From an uncultured Bacteroidota bacterium (GTDB lineage: Bacteria; Bacteroidota; Bacteroidia; UKL13-3): a DNA stretch of 44,978 nucleotides. The stretch spans positions 1-44,978 of the forward strand of contig CAIVPY010000214.1 of the NCBI GenBank assembly GCA_903907885.1, written 5' to 3'. Below are positions 1 to 8,743 of this stretch, piece after piece (position 1 is the stretch's first letter; each line of letters opens with the position of its first letter). A model generated the notes under the pieces. It saw only the letters and a program-made list of their open reading frames with translations, had not been told where the DNA came from and ran no database searches. Both the position numbers and the translations under genes were made by a program.

Positions 1-93
1 AGTACTGTTACCTTTAAGGTATTCTTGAATGATTTGGTGTCGTTCCGATTCTCTAAAATAGCTGCTCGGTTTTTTTATGATTATCTTTTCCAT
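1..93 (-). CDS. 5' end (31 aa) of a gene running off the left edge; possibly an IS transposase / HTH-type N-terminus
   Basis: ATG is the reverse complement of 91..93 and stays in frame to position 1: MEKIIIKKPSSYFRESERHQIIQEYLKGNST. It is absent from the ORF track because it is under 60 aa and partial. The similarity to transposase OrfA N-termini is by eye only. Confidence 0.3.
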   Translation of the reverse strand, partial: MEKIIIKKPSSYFRESERHQIIQEYLKGNST

Positions 94-200
94 ATTTTAC
101 ACTTTTTAGTGTAAACCTATTTTAGGACAAGACAAACAAACGATTATCTCCTCATTTTGCAACAAGTTTAGGTTATTACTCAAGCAATTTAAACCAAAAT

Positions 201-677
201 GTGGATACCAAGTTTAATTCTGATGCGGTAACATTAAAGGCTAACATAAAATTGGGTGCAGCCTTGTTGTTGTTTGATTACTATCCTTCTGTTAATTCAT
301 CTTTTCGTATTTGTTTTGGTGCCGCCTACAATCTAAATAATTATAAAGTGGATATTACACCCAAAGGCAACCAAAGTTATGGATATATTAGTTACACACC
401 CGATCAAGTGGGTACTATTTCGTTTGATATCACAGGTGCAAATGTGGCACCTTATTTAGGTATCGGTTTTGGAAGGGCTGTTCCAAAGCATAGAGTAGGA
501 GTGGGTTTTGATATGGGTGCTTTTTATCACGGAACGCCTACCACCAAGCTTAGCGCAACGGGCACTTTTGAGCCGAGCGCCAATGCAGATAACCAAGCTA
601 TTGTTCAAAAAGCATTCGAGGGATATAATTTCTATCCTTTTATCAACCTAAAGTTAAACATTAAAATATCAAAATAA
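201..677 (+). CDS. Outer-membrane beta-barrel (OmpW/porin-like) protein, probably a 5'-truncated remnant
   Basis: Alternating hydrophobic/aromatic beta-strand pattern (GAALLLFDYYP, YLGIGFGRAV, GVGFDMGAFYHG, FYPFINLKLNIKI). It has a GTG start and no signal peptide. The frame stays open upstream to a TAG at 123..125 and still reads barrel-like there (FATSLGYYSSNLNQN). Confidence 0.5.
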   Translation: MDTKFNSDAVTLKANIKLGAALLLFDYYPSVNSSFRICFGAAYNLNNYKVDITPKGNQSYGYISYTPDQVGTISFDITGANVAPYLGIGFGRAVPKHRVGVGFDMGAFYHGTPTTKLSATGTFEPSANADNQAIVQKAFEGYNFYPFINLKLNIKISK

Positions 678-681
678 AGCC

Positions 682-2676
682 ATGAATAACAGTACTAATT
701 CTCGAAACATACTATATACCATCATAGGTATATTTATCGCCTTTTCTTCGTGTAAAAACCCTATTGACGAGTTGAAAAGTTTCAAACTTGATTTGAATGG
801 GAACTTGGCAAATACCTTATTAAAAATTCAGTTTAAGCCAAACGATTCTTCTATCGGGACATTGCAAAATTTATCCGTTTCTATTAGCGGGTTTGATGCA
901 CATTATGTTTTTGATGAAAACGGTAAGACTAATTTTACTCCAAACAGCAGTGGTGTGCTTGGTATTATTTTGTCGCCTAATGCAAATCCTACCAAAGACC
1001 ACCCAATTGTGTTTAATGTAAAGGCAATGGCCAATGGTTGTATTCCCATAAACCAAGATGTGTATGTTTTTTCGAAAACAGATAAGTTTACGGTAAATTT
1101 AAATTTCAACAGCATTAAAAACCCACCTGCTGGAACAACAGTATCACAACAAAGTCTTAATTTTCTTGGAAAAAAGGCTACCGATACGGTAGAATTTTCA
1201 ATGACAAGGGGAGATGGTGTAAGTTTTACTGTTAAATATCCTAAAAAGGGTCTGTTGTTTATTGACAAAACATCTATTAGGGTTCAGTGTGGTGTTTCGT
1301 TACATATTAGAACCGAAGAAATTGCCGAATATGATACCACAACTTATCAATACAATGATACCACCGAATTATACGATATTATTCAAGAGGAAGTAGGGTT
1401 TAAAAACCAAGTAGTGAACCGAAAAGTATTAAAGGGCTACACCGTTACACCAGCTATTGGCACAAACATAACAAGGGTAGTAACAGGGCATAAGGTTGTG
1501 GGTGTTGACACCATTCCTGTTTATACCAACAAAATTATTTTTGATACCATTCCATTGTCTGAAATATCTGCCACGATATATTCGAGGAGTGATTTCTTAG
1601 CTTTTGGTTACTATGACGAAAATGGCGTGTTTATAGATAAGCCACACTACTTCCAAGGGGTAGTTGGCATACCGTATGTTAATTTTTATAGTACCAAATT
1701 AAACAAATGGGTGCAACCATATTATCCTCTACTAAGAAGTGGTAGAGTGGTAGAGTGTTATTTGCCAAATAATACTTACAATTTTTACTGCGAAGGCATG
1801 GTACAAATTGGTAACGATATAATCGGGATTAAAAAAAGCGCCACATTACCTGAGTCGGCCTATGTTTTAGAAAATGGCAAATACAAATTTAGTTTTATGG
1901 ATAACCTGCTTGATGGGCAATTCTTTTTATACCAATCGGCAGTTACAGGATGTGGCTATACAGATGTAAGGGTTAATTACCCAAATGCAAATTTTAATGA
2001 TGGGTTTTATTCAAATATATTTTACACCTCAAAATACTGGAGTGTTAGTTATTTTACATACTACACCGACTATTCGTTTGGCAATTCAAGATACTTTAGA
2101 GTACCCGCATTTGATAATGATAATGCAAAACTATATGTTGATTTGAATCATAGAGAAAACGCTTGTGTGAGCTACCTTCCACTTTGGCAAATTAATGGAG
2201 TGCCTATTCAAATTTGTGATTATGTAAATAGTTATTATAGTTATGACGTACCATATGATGGCAATGCCTATTTACAGAGCTTACCATACACACCTGTGTC
2301 GTTAACGGCACATATACAATGCTCAGGAGGCAATTTTGTTTTACCACCCGATTTAACTTTTCAATACTCAAAATTAGGTTGTGCCTATGGAAGTCCAGGA
2401 AGTGTGAGTTTAATTAATGGTCAACTACAATCAAATGGTTTTATGAAAAACCAAACCTATTTAATAGAGTATGACCACACTGCTGACGACAACTCAACAG
2501 TAAGAATTTTTGATACCATTACATTTAATACAAGCAAACCTACTCAAGTAATCGAAGATGAAATAACACATTATTATACCGGAACAATGACATACAATCC
2601 TTCTACAGGTTTTAGTGTTGATTTTGTATTCGATAACCGAAAATTAAAATATAAAATTAACGGCTGCGGACAGTAG
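682..2676 (+). CDS. Large hypothetical lipoprotein (664 aa), rich in Tyr/Asn/Cys
   Basis: Long ORF starting 4 nt after the previous stop. N-terminal signal peptide with a lipobox-like IAFSSC. A strong terminator follows. I recognised no family. Confidence 0.7.
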   Translation: MNNSTNSRNILYTIIGIFIAFSSCKNPIDELKSFKLDLNGNLANTLLKIQFKPNDSSIGTLQNLSVSISGFDAHYVFDENGKTNFTPNSSGVLGIILSPNANPTKDHPIVFNVKAMANGCIPINQDVYVFSKTDKFTVNLNFNSIKNPPAGTTVSQQSLNFLGKKATDTVEFSMTRGDGVSFTVKYPKKGLLFIDKTSIRVQCGVSLHIRTEEIAEYDTTTYQYNDTTELYDIIQEEVGFKNQVVNRKVLKGYTVTPAIGTNITRVVTGHKVVGVDTIPVYTNKIIFDTIPLSEISATIYSRSDFLAFGYYDENGVFIDKPHYFQGVVGIPYVNFYSTKLNKWVQPYYPLLRSGRVVECYLPNNTYNFYCEGMVQIGNDIIGIKKSATLPESAYVLENGKYKFSFMDNLLDGQFFLYQSAVTGCGYTDVRVNYPNANFNDGFYSNIFYTSKYWSVSYFTYYTDYSFGNSRYFRVPAFDNDNAKLYVDLNHRENACVSYLPLWQINGVPIQICDYVNSYYSYDVPYDGNAYLQSLPYTPVSLTAHIQCSGGNFVLPPDLTFQYSKLGCAYGSPGSVSLINGQLQSNGFMKNQTYLIEYDHTADDNSTVRIFDTITFNTSKPTQVIEDEITHYYTGTMTYNPSTGFSVDFVFDNRKLKYKINGCGQ

Positions 2677-2695
2677 AGAGATAAAATCATAGAAA

Positions 2696-2734
2696 AAGCC
2701 CTTCAGAACTTTAGTTCTGAAGGGCTTTTGTTTT
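2696..2734 (+). terminator. Rho-independent terminator
   Basis: Perfect 14-bp stem AAGCCCTTCAGAAC / GTTCTGAAGGGCTT with a TTTA loop, followed by TTGTTTT, about 20 nt after the stop at 2676. Confidence 0.8.
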
Positions 2735-3007
2735 ATATTAGTTGCTTGTCGTAGTTTGATTCTGATAATTATTTACTGCTAACCAATGTCATGGTGTATT
2801 AGCCCCTTAGCATATCACTTAGTTCATATTAGCTTGTGTTTGCTATTTCTCATAAGGCTTAATATTGTCGCTTATCGCTACTGGCAACTCCCAACTCTTT
2901 TGTGCGGTCATTTTTCATAATTACAAATTGACATCGAGTTTGCATTTACCTGGAGTTTTCAAATAACCCAAGATATAAATAATGATTTAGCTAATTTTGA
3001 AGCCTAG

Positions 3008-3643
3008 ATGATAAAAGTATTTCAATTTAACGATTTTGCCGAAAACACTTATGTGTTAAGCAATGATACCAAAGAGTGTGTGATTATTGATCCAGGCTGC
3101 TACAGCCAAGCCGAGCGCAATGTGTTGACTTCATACATCAGTCAAAACAGGCTAAAGCCCGTAAAACTGCTCAACACACATTGCCACATCGACCATATTT
3201 TGGGTAATGAGTTTGTTTCAACACACTACCAATTACCCATCCATTTGCACAAAGAAGAATTGTTTACTTATAATGAAACCAAAAGATGGACAGTGATGTT
3301 CAACATGCCTGATATCATCATTCCTGAAAACTTGGTGTATTTAAATGAAGGTGATAAAATCAGTTTTGGAAATTTTACTTTGGATGTGCTTTTCACACCT
3401 GGTCATTCCATTGCCAGCATTAGCTTTTATTGCAAAGATGAAGGCTTTGTCATTTCGGGTGATGTGTTGTTTATGCAAAGCATTGGTCGCACTGACCTGC
3501 CTGGCGGAAATCTAGAAACCCTTTTACAAAGCATCAGAACCAAGCTTTTTACCCTACCCGATTCAACCAAAGTTTTCAGTGGACACGGACCAAGCACAAG
3601 CATAGCTTCTGAAAAAGCCAACAACCCTTATCTAAAAAACTAA
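3008..3643 (+). CDS. MBL-fold metallo-hydrolase (hydroxyacylglutathione hydrolase-like)
   Basis: HxHxDH zinc motif (THCHIDHILG), a downstream TPGHS, and GDVLF...GRTD typical of the glyoxalase II / YcbL-like family. Confidence 0.9.
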   Translation: MIKVFQFNDFAENTYVLSNDTKECVIIDPGCYSQAERNVLTSYISQNRLKPVKLLNTHCHIDHILGNEFVSTHYQLPIHLHKEELFTYNETKRWTVMFNMPDIIIPENLVYLNEGDKISFGNFTLDVLFTPGHSIASISFYCKDEGFVISGDVLFMQSIGRTDLPGGNLETLLQSIRTKLFTLPDSTKVFSGHGPSTSIASEKANNPYLKN

Positions 3644-3644
3644 G

Positions 3645-3767
3645 ATGGATTACCAAACGATTATTGTCATTTTGATTGTTGCTACCTCTGTAGGTTATAT
3701 AGCCAAAGTTATTTTCAAAAGCTTTAAAGGAAAAACATCTGCAGGCTGCAAGAATTGCGGCAAGTAG
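3645..3767 (+). CDS. Small (40 aa) FeoB-associated Cys-rich-type membrane peptide
   Basis: Not in the ORF track because it is under 60 aa. ATG lies 1 nt after the previous stop. The sequence is MDYQTIIVILIVATSVGYIAKVIFKSFKGKTSAGCKNCGK, with one TM helix and a C-terminal GCxxCG motif characteristic of that small-protein family. Confidence 0.55.
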   Translation: MDYQTIIVILIVATSVGYIAKVIFKSFKGKTSAGCKNCGK

Positions 3768-3770
3768 TTA

Positions 3771-5015
3771 TTAATCGTTCAACAATAATTTAAAATAAAA
3801 CAAGGGATTACGAAGCTTGGCTCTCAAATCCAAATCTTCAAACATGCAACTGATGGTTTCGCGCAGTGCCTTGTTTTTGTTGGCTTTGTTAACCACCAAA
3901 TTAAACAGCCATGGGTATTTACATAGTTTTTGCATGGTATGACTTAACTTTAATTCATCCCACTGTCTATCATAAAAGGCTTTGTCGTAGGCGGCATTAA
4001 AAGCACCATCAAATTTGTTTTGCTCCACACAGTTTTTGATATGCGCAGCAGCCAACATTCCACTATACATAGCATTACCTATACCCTCACCTGTAAAGGG
4101 GTCTATCAGCGCAGCCGCATCGCCCACCAATAAGAAACCATCTCCCGAAATTTTTCTTTTTTTGCTCCCTAGTGGCAAACCCCAACCTTGAATTTTGCCT
4201 TGCAATTCTGCATTTGCAAAACGATCTTTTATATTTGGGTTATTGACAATGGCTCGCAGCATATCTTCCTTAATATTCACCTTTTTCCTACTAACACTTG
4301 AACTTAGCATACCTGCGCCTACATTGGCCATTCCATTGGGCAGGGGAAATATCCAAAAATAACCTGGCAATAATTCTTCTAAGAAATGCAACTCAATAAA
4401 ATTTTGGGGATGCATATCTGTTACACCTTTGTAGTAGGCACGGATACCCGCACAATAGTGGTCGTTGTCTTTGCTTATGTCAGAAAACTTTTTGGCTACT
4501 AAACTTCTATCGCCTTCGGCACCCACCAACAGCTTAATACCACTGATTGTTTGTGTCTGCTTATCTTTTGTATAAGTTATTGATTTTAAGTTGCCATTAG
4601 TTTCAATATCTGTCAACTCAGCGGCATCGATAACATATGCATATTCCTTATCCAATCTGTTAAACATTGTGGCATCAAAGTCCATTCTTTTGCTGATAAA
4701 ACCAGGTGCATGGCTTTCTTTGCTCATGTCTGATTTGAAAGGAATATCAATGGATTTACCATTGGGGGCAGCAAATTTTACACCCCAACTTGGAAGGAAT
4801 TGCTTCGGATTGGTATCATACTCATAAATCATTTTGGAATCGAGCTGATTCATCACATACACTACCTTTCCGCTCAATGCATCACCACATACCTTATCGC
4901 GAGGAAATACCGCTTTATCGATAATGGTGTGTGCAATTTTATGTTTGGCTAAAAACAAAGATGTGGCACAACCTGCGGGACCAGCCCCTATAATTACTAT
5001 ATCTGAATTTTTCAA
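3771..5015 (-). CDS. Geranylgeranyl reductase family FAD-dependent oxidoreductase
   Basis: N-terminal IIGAGPAGC dinucleotide-binding motif, VCGDAL, and LLVGDAAALIDPFTGEGI near the C-terminus, which is typical of this family. Confidence 0.85.
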   Translation of the reverse strand: MKNSDIVIIGAGPAGCATSLFLAKHKIAHTIIDKAVFPRDKVCGDALSGKVVYVMNQLDSKMIYEYDTNPKQFLPSWGVKFAAPNGKSIDIPFKSDMSKESHAPGFISKRMDFDATMFNRLDKEYAYVIDAAELTDIETNGNLKSITYTKDKQTQTISGIKLLVGAEGDRSLVAKKFSDISKDNDHYCAGIRAYYKGVTDMHPQNFIELHFLEELLPGYFWIFPLPNGMANVGAGMLSSSVSRKKVNIKEDMLRAIVNNPNIKDRFANAELQGKIQGWGLPLGSKKRKISGDGFLLVGDAAALIDPFTGEGIGNAMYSGMLAAAHIKNCVEQNKFDGAFNAAYDKAFYDRQWDELKLSHTMQKLCKYPWLFNLVVNKANKNKALRETISCMFEDLDLRAKLRNPLFYFKLLLND

Positions 5016-5079
5016 ATGTGTATGTTTAATGCAATGATAAAAGGCTAAATCGAATTATTGAAACGATGGATCAAAATAT

Positions 5080-5116
5080 AATAAAAACACCCCAAAATAG
5101 TACAATTTTGAGGTGT
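5080..5116 (-). terminator. Rho-independent terminator downstream of sucD
   Basis: Minus-strand RNA ACACCUCAAAAU-UGUACU-AUUUUGGGGUGU forms a 12-bp stem with one G-U pair, followed by UUUUUAU. It starts about 24 nt after the sucD stop. Confidence 0.6.
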
Positions 5117-5139
5117 CTTGAAAATTCTATATGAAAGTA

Positions 5140-6024
5140 TTATTTGGCTTTTGAACCAAGTACTTCAAGCATTTTAGCTCCAATATCAGCAGGCGATTCA
5201 ACTACATGTAGACCACACTCAGCCATAATTTTCATTTTAGCTGAAGCTGTATCATCATGTCCACCTACGATAGCACCTGCATGGCCCATTCTACGGCCTG
5301 CTGGAGCAGTTTGACCAGCGATGAAACCTACAACAGGCTTCTTATTACCATTGGCTTTAATCCATCTAGCAGCATCCGCTTCGTAACTTCCACCAATTTC
5401 ACCAATCATAACGATTGCGTCTGTTTCAGGATCATTCATTAGCATTTCTACCGCATCTTTAGTAGGAGTTCCAATAATTGGGTCTCCACCAATACCAATT
5501 GCAGTAGATACACCTAAACCAGCTTTCACTATTTGGTCAGCTGCTTCATAGGTTAATGTTCCTGATTTAGAAACGATACCTATTCTGCCTTCTTTGAAAA
5601 CAAAACCTGGCATAATACCTACCTTAGCTTGACCAGGAGTAATAACGCCAGGGCAGTTTGGGCCTATTAACACACAATCGCGTGATTTAACGTATTCTTT
5701 CACTGGTATCATGTCTTTCACTGGAATACCTTCGGTAATACAAATGATTACTTTAATACCAGCATCGGCAGACTCCATAATAGCATCAGCAGCAAAGGGA
5801 GGTGGAACGAAAATGATAGACACATTGGCACCTGCTTTTTCAACTGCATCTTTTACAGTGTTGAATACCGGACGATCTAAGTGGCTTTGTCCACCTTTAC
5901 CAGGTGTAACTCCACCAACTACATTGGTTCCGTATTCTATCATTTGTTGTGCATGAAAGGAGCCTTCGCTACCTGTAAATCCTTGCACTATTACTTTTGA
6001 GTTTTTATCTACTAATACAGACAT
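5140..6024 (-). CDS. sucD: Succinate--CoA ligase subunit alpha
   Basis: [45 protein letters not shown], plus the phospho-His region GHAGAIV. This is a classic SucD sequence. Confidence 0.97.
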   Translation of the reverse strand: MSVLVDKNSKVIVQGFTGSEGSFHAQQMIEYGTNVVGGVTPGKGGQSHLDRPVFNTVKDAVEKAGANVSIIFVPPPFAADAIMESADAGIKVIICITEGIPVKDMIPVKEYVKSRDCVLIGPNCPGVITPGQAKVGIMPGFVFKEGRIGIVSKSGTLTYEAADQIVKAGLGVSTAIGIGGDPIIGTPTKDAVEMLMNDPETDAIVMIGEIGGSYEADAARWIKANGNKKPVVGFIAGQTAPAGRRMGHAGAIVGGHDDTASAKMKIMAECGLHVVESPADIGAKMLEVLGSKAK

Positions 6025-6091
6025 AATATTTTATTAAACGGGGGCAAATATGTGCTTTTTTTACCATTAAGCAAGGACGTGCTCTTTAGTA

Positions 6092-8635
6092 TTATTTTTT
6101 TTGTTTTTGTAATTCTTCAATTTTGGCAATCAAGACTTCTTTCTTAATAGGTTTCACCAAAAAGTCATTTATGCCCGCTTCAAAGCATTTTTGAATGTCT
6201 TCTTCATCGGCATCAGCTGATATGGCTATGATGGGGATCTTTCTATCTAACTCAAATTCATCATCTTTACGTATGTGATAAGCCGCCTTTAAACCATCCA
6301 TGATGGGCATTTTGATATCCATCAGCAAAATATCGAAACTTTTCTCAGTCAACTTATTGAGTGCTTCCTCGCCATTTGAAACCACCGTACAGATGTGGCC
6401 TTTGCTTTCTAACATTTTGGCCAAAACCTTGTGATTAGTAGGGTTTTTCTGAGCAATTAGCACCTGCATTGGACCCGTTTTGAATGAATCGTTTAAATGA
6501 TGTTCACTTAATAACTCAACAGGAACTGCTTCTACGTTGATATATACAGTAAATTCCGTTCCCTGTCCTTCAATACTTTGCACTTCTACTTTGCCCTGCA
6601 TCTTTTTGGCAAAGTATTGGGTTAAAAATAAGCCTACACCAAAACCTGATTTTTTACTATTAACATTATCCATCTCGACAGATGGTTTGTACATGTTTTT
6701 TAATTGGAGACTATTCATTCCAATACCTTCATCAGTAACTTTAATTTGAATGGTGGTAATGCTTTTTTCGTTTTTATGGTCTGCAGGAGCAGCTTTCATT
6801 TCAAACTTAACTACACCCGTTTCTGAATATTTTACTGCATTGCTAAGTAAATTATCAATAATGCTTAAAAACTTAAATTTATCTGCTATTAGGTATGGTG
6901 GAACATCAGGATATACCATTTGATTAAACAACAAACCTTTTGCATTGCTTTGGTGCTGATAAGATTTTAATAGGGGTTGTAAGTTGTCAATTAGATTAAA
7001 TTTGATAGGAAATAACTTTGAATTTCCCGAATCAACTTGCAAATAATGAATGATATTATTCATAACAAATAATAACTCATCGCTAGATGATTTTATACCA
7101 GATAAATTTTCCTTTAATTCAATAAGGTTTTTACTTTCACCAGCCAAACCTGCCAATCCAATGATTGAATTCAAAGGGTTTCTAAGTTCAGAATTAACTT
7201 TGTTTAAAATATTGGTTTTTGTTTCGCTACTAATTTCGAGAACCTTTCTTTTTTTGTTAGATGTAATTAAATAAAAAAGCATTGTGCTTACCAAAATCAA
7301 AAACAAAATACCTAAGCCCAGCCCAACAAGCAAAACATTTTTTCTCTGCAGGCTTACTTCTTTTTCTCGCAACTCAATTTTTTTCTCCTCATTATCTTTT
7401 GCCAGTTTTTTTATTTGCGATTGATTTTGTTTGCTAGCATAATCAAGTTGAATGTCTGACATTTCGTTGGCTTTATTAGGTCCAACAACTTCTTTTTTAG
7501 CTTTGTCGGCTTCAGTTTTATAATATAAGGCTTTGCCGGTATCATCAAAGTCTTCATACATATTACTCATCAGTTCAAGCGTACTTGCATATTCTTTTTT
7601 TAAATGAAACTCTTTGGCAAGATTTGTTGCTTTGTCGGCATAGTAATAGGCCGAATCTTGGTTTTTTAGTTTAATATGTGCTGAACATAAATTTTGATAA
7701 GTTGTGATGATACTATGTTTATCATTTAATTTACTATCAAGTATAAGTGCTTCGTATAAATAGAGTAATGCCTTACTAGGCATTTTCTTGTTGCTGTAAA
7801 TACTGCCAATATTGTTTAGTACAGTGCTTACATCGCTAATACTTCCTAGTTTTTTAAATACTTCTAAGCAATTGTTGTAATAATAGAGTGCTTTTATATC
7901 GTTACCACCTACATTGTATATATTAGCTAAATTATTAGCCAATTCAGCAATTGATAGTTCATCTCCATAAATTTTTTCAAGTTCAAAGGCTCGTAGGTAA
8001 AATTGTTCAGCTTTATTGTAATTTTCCATTTCAAGATAGATACCACCTATATTGTTTAATGTTTTAGATACTCTTTTGTTATCTCCTAAGTCTTCCGAAA
8101 TTTTTAATGAACCCAAATAATATCTTAATGCAATAGGATAATCCCCTTTAATATTTGCTAAATTACCAAGACTATGATAGGCTAATGAAATTGTATATAG
8201 GTCTTTACATTTAATGGCTTGGCTTAAACCTAAGAGAAATTCGATATGTGCTTTTTTGTAATCACTCTTTCTTTTTTCGTGAATACCAAAAATAATGTGT
8301 GATAAAGCCCTGCCTTTTTCATAGTTTAATTTGTTAGATAAGTTAAAAGCTTGCTTGGCATAATCTACAGATTGTGTCGGATTAGAGTTTTTTACAACTA
8401 ATGCAATTGCATTTAAAATATCTACCCTTTGAATGTCGTTTGCATATGGAAGTAATGTTTCCAGACTATCTAGCTCGTTTTCTGCTTTTATTGGGTTTGT
8501 GACAGCTAACAAGCACCAAATAGTGCAGGCAAAAAGAATAAATATTTTTTTTATTTTATTGATAGGCGACATAGAAAGACAAATATATGAGTTTTTTGTT
8601 CTTTCTAATTTATTATGAATGGTTATTTTTATCAT
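6092..8635 (-). CDS. TPR-repeat hybrid sensor histidine kinase / response regulator, with degenerate phosphorelay residues
   Basis: Signal peptide, multiple TPR-like repeats, a coiled coil, a TM segment (aa ~434-457), a HisKA-like box, and HATPase_c N/G1/G2 boxes (NLLSNAVKY, DEGIGM, GFGVGL). The C-terminal receiver has DILLMDIKMP, S805 and K828. The true start is probably M22 (MSPINKIKK..., coordinate 8572). Confidence 0.85.
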   Translation of the reverse strand: MIKITIHNKLERTKNSYICLSMSPINKIKKIFILFACTIWCLLAVTNPIKAENELDSLETLLPYANDIQRVDILNAIALVVKNSNPTQSVDYAKQAFNLSNKLNYEKGRALSHIIFGIHEKRKSDYKKAHIEFLLGLSQAIKCKDLYTISLAYHSLGNLANIKGDYPIALRYYLGSLKISEDLGDNKRVSKTLNNIGGIYLEMENYNKAEQFYLRAFELEKIYGDELSIAELANNLANIYNVGGNDIKALYYYNNCLEVFKKLGSISDVSTVLNNIGSIYSNKKMPSKALLYLYEALILDSKLNDKHSIITTYQNLCSAHIKLKNQDSAYYYADKATNLAKEFHLKKEYASTLELMSNMYEDFDDTGKALYYKTEADKAKKEVVGPNKANEMSDIQLDYASKQNQSQIKKLAKDNEEKKIELREKEVSLQRKNVLLVGLGLGILFLILVSTMLFYLITSNKKRKVLEISSETKTNILNKVNSELRNPLNSIIGLAGLAGESKNLIELKENLSGIKSSSDELLFVMNNIIHYLQVDSGNSKLFPIKFNLIDNLQPLLKSYQHQSNAKGLLFNQMVYPDVPPYLIADKFKFLSIIDNLLSNAVKYSETGVVKFEMKAAPADHKNEKSITTIQIKVTDEGIGMNSLQLKNMYKPSVEMDNVNSKKSGFGVGLFLTQYFAKKMQGKVEVQSIEGQGTEFTVYINVEAVPVELLSEHHLNDSFKTGPMQVLIAQKNPTNHKVLAKMLESKGHICTVVSNGEEALNKLTEKSFDILLMDIKMPIMDGLKAAYHIRKDDEFELDRKIPIIAISADADEEDIQKCFEAGINDFLVKPIKKEVLIAKIEELQKQKK

Positions 8636-8743
8636 TTATTAATGTTATAAATCACTATTTAGAGAGTAACATACAATCATTGTGCATATGAAAACAATAG
8701 AATAGATTTCTGTTCCACTTCACTTATGAATACAAATAGTAAG

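Noticed and set aside
2735-3007. 273-nt intergenic region of somewhat higher complexity, examined for an ncRNA, riboswitch or gene remnant
   Set aside because: I could recognise no convincing stem-loop architecture, conserved riboswitch core or extended reading frame on either strand.
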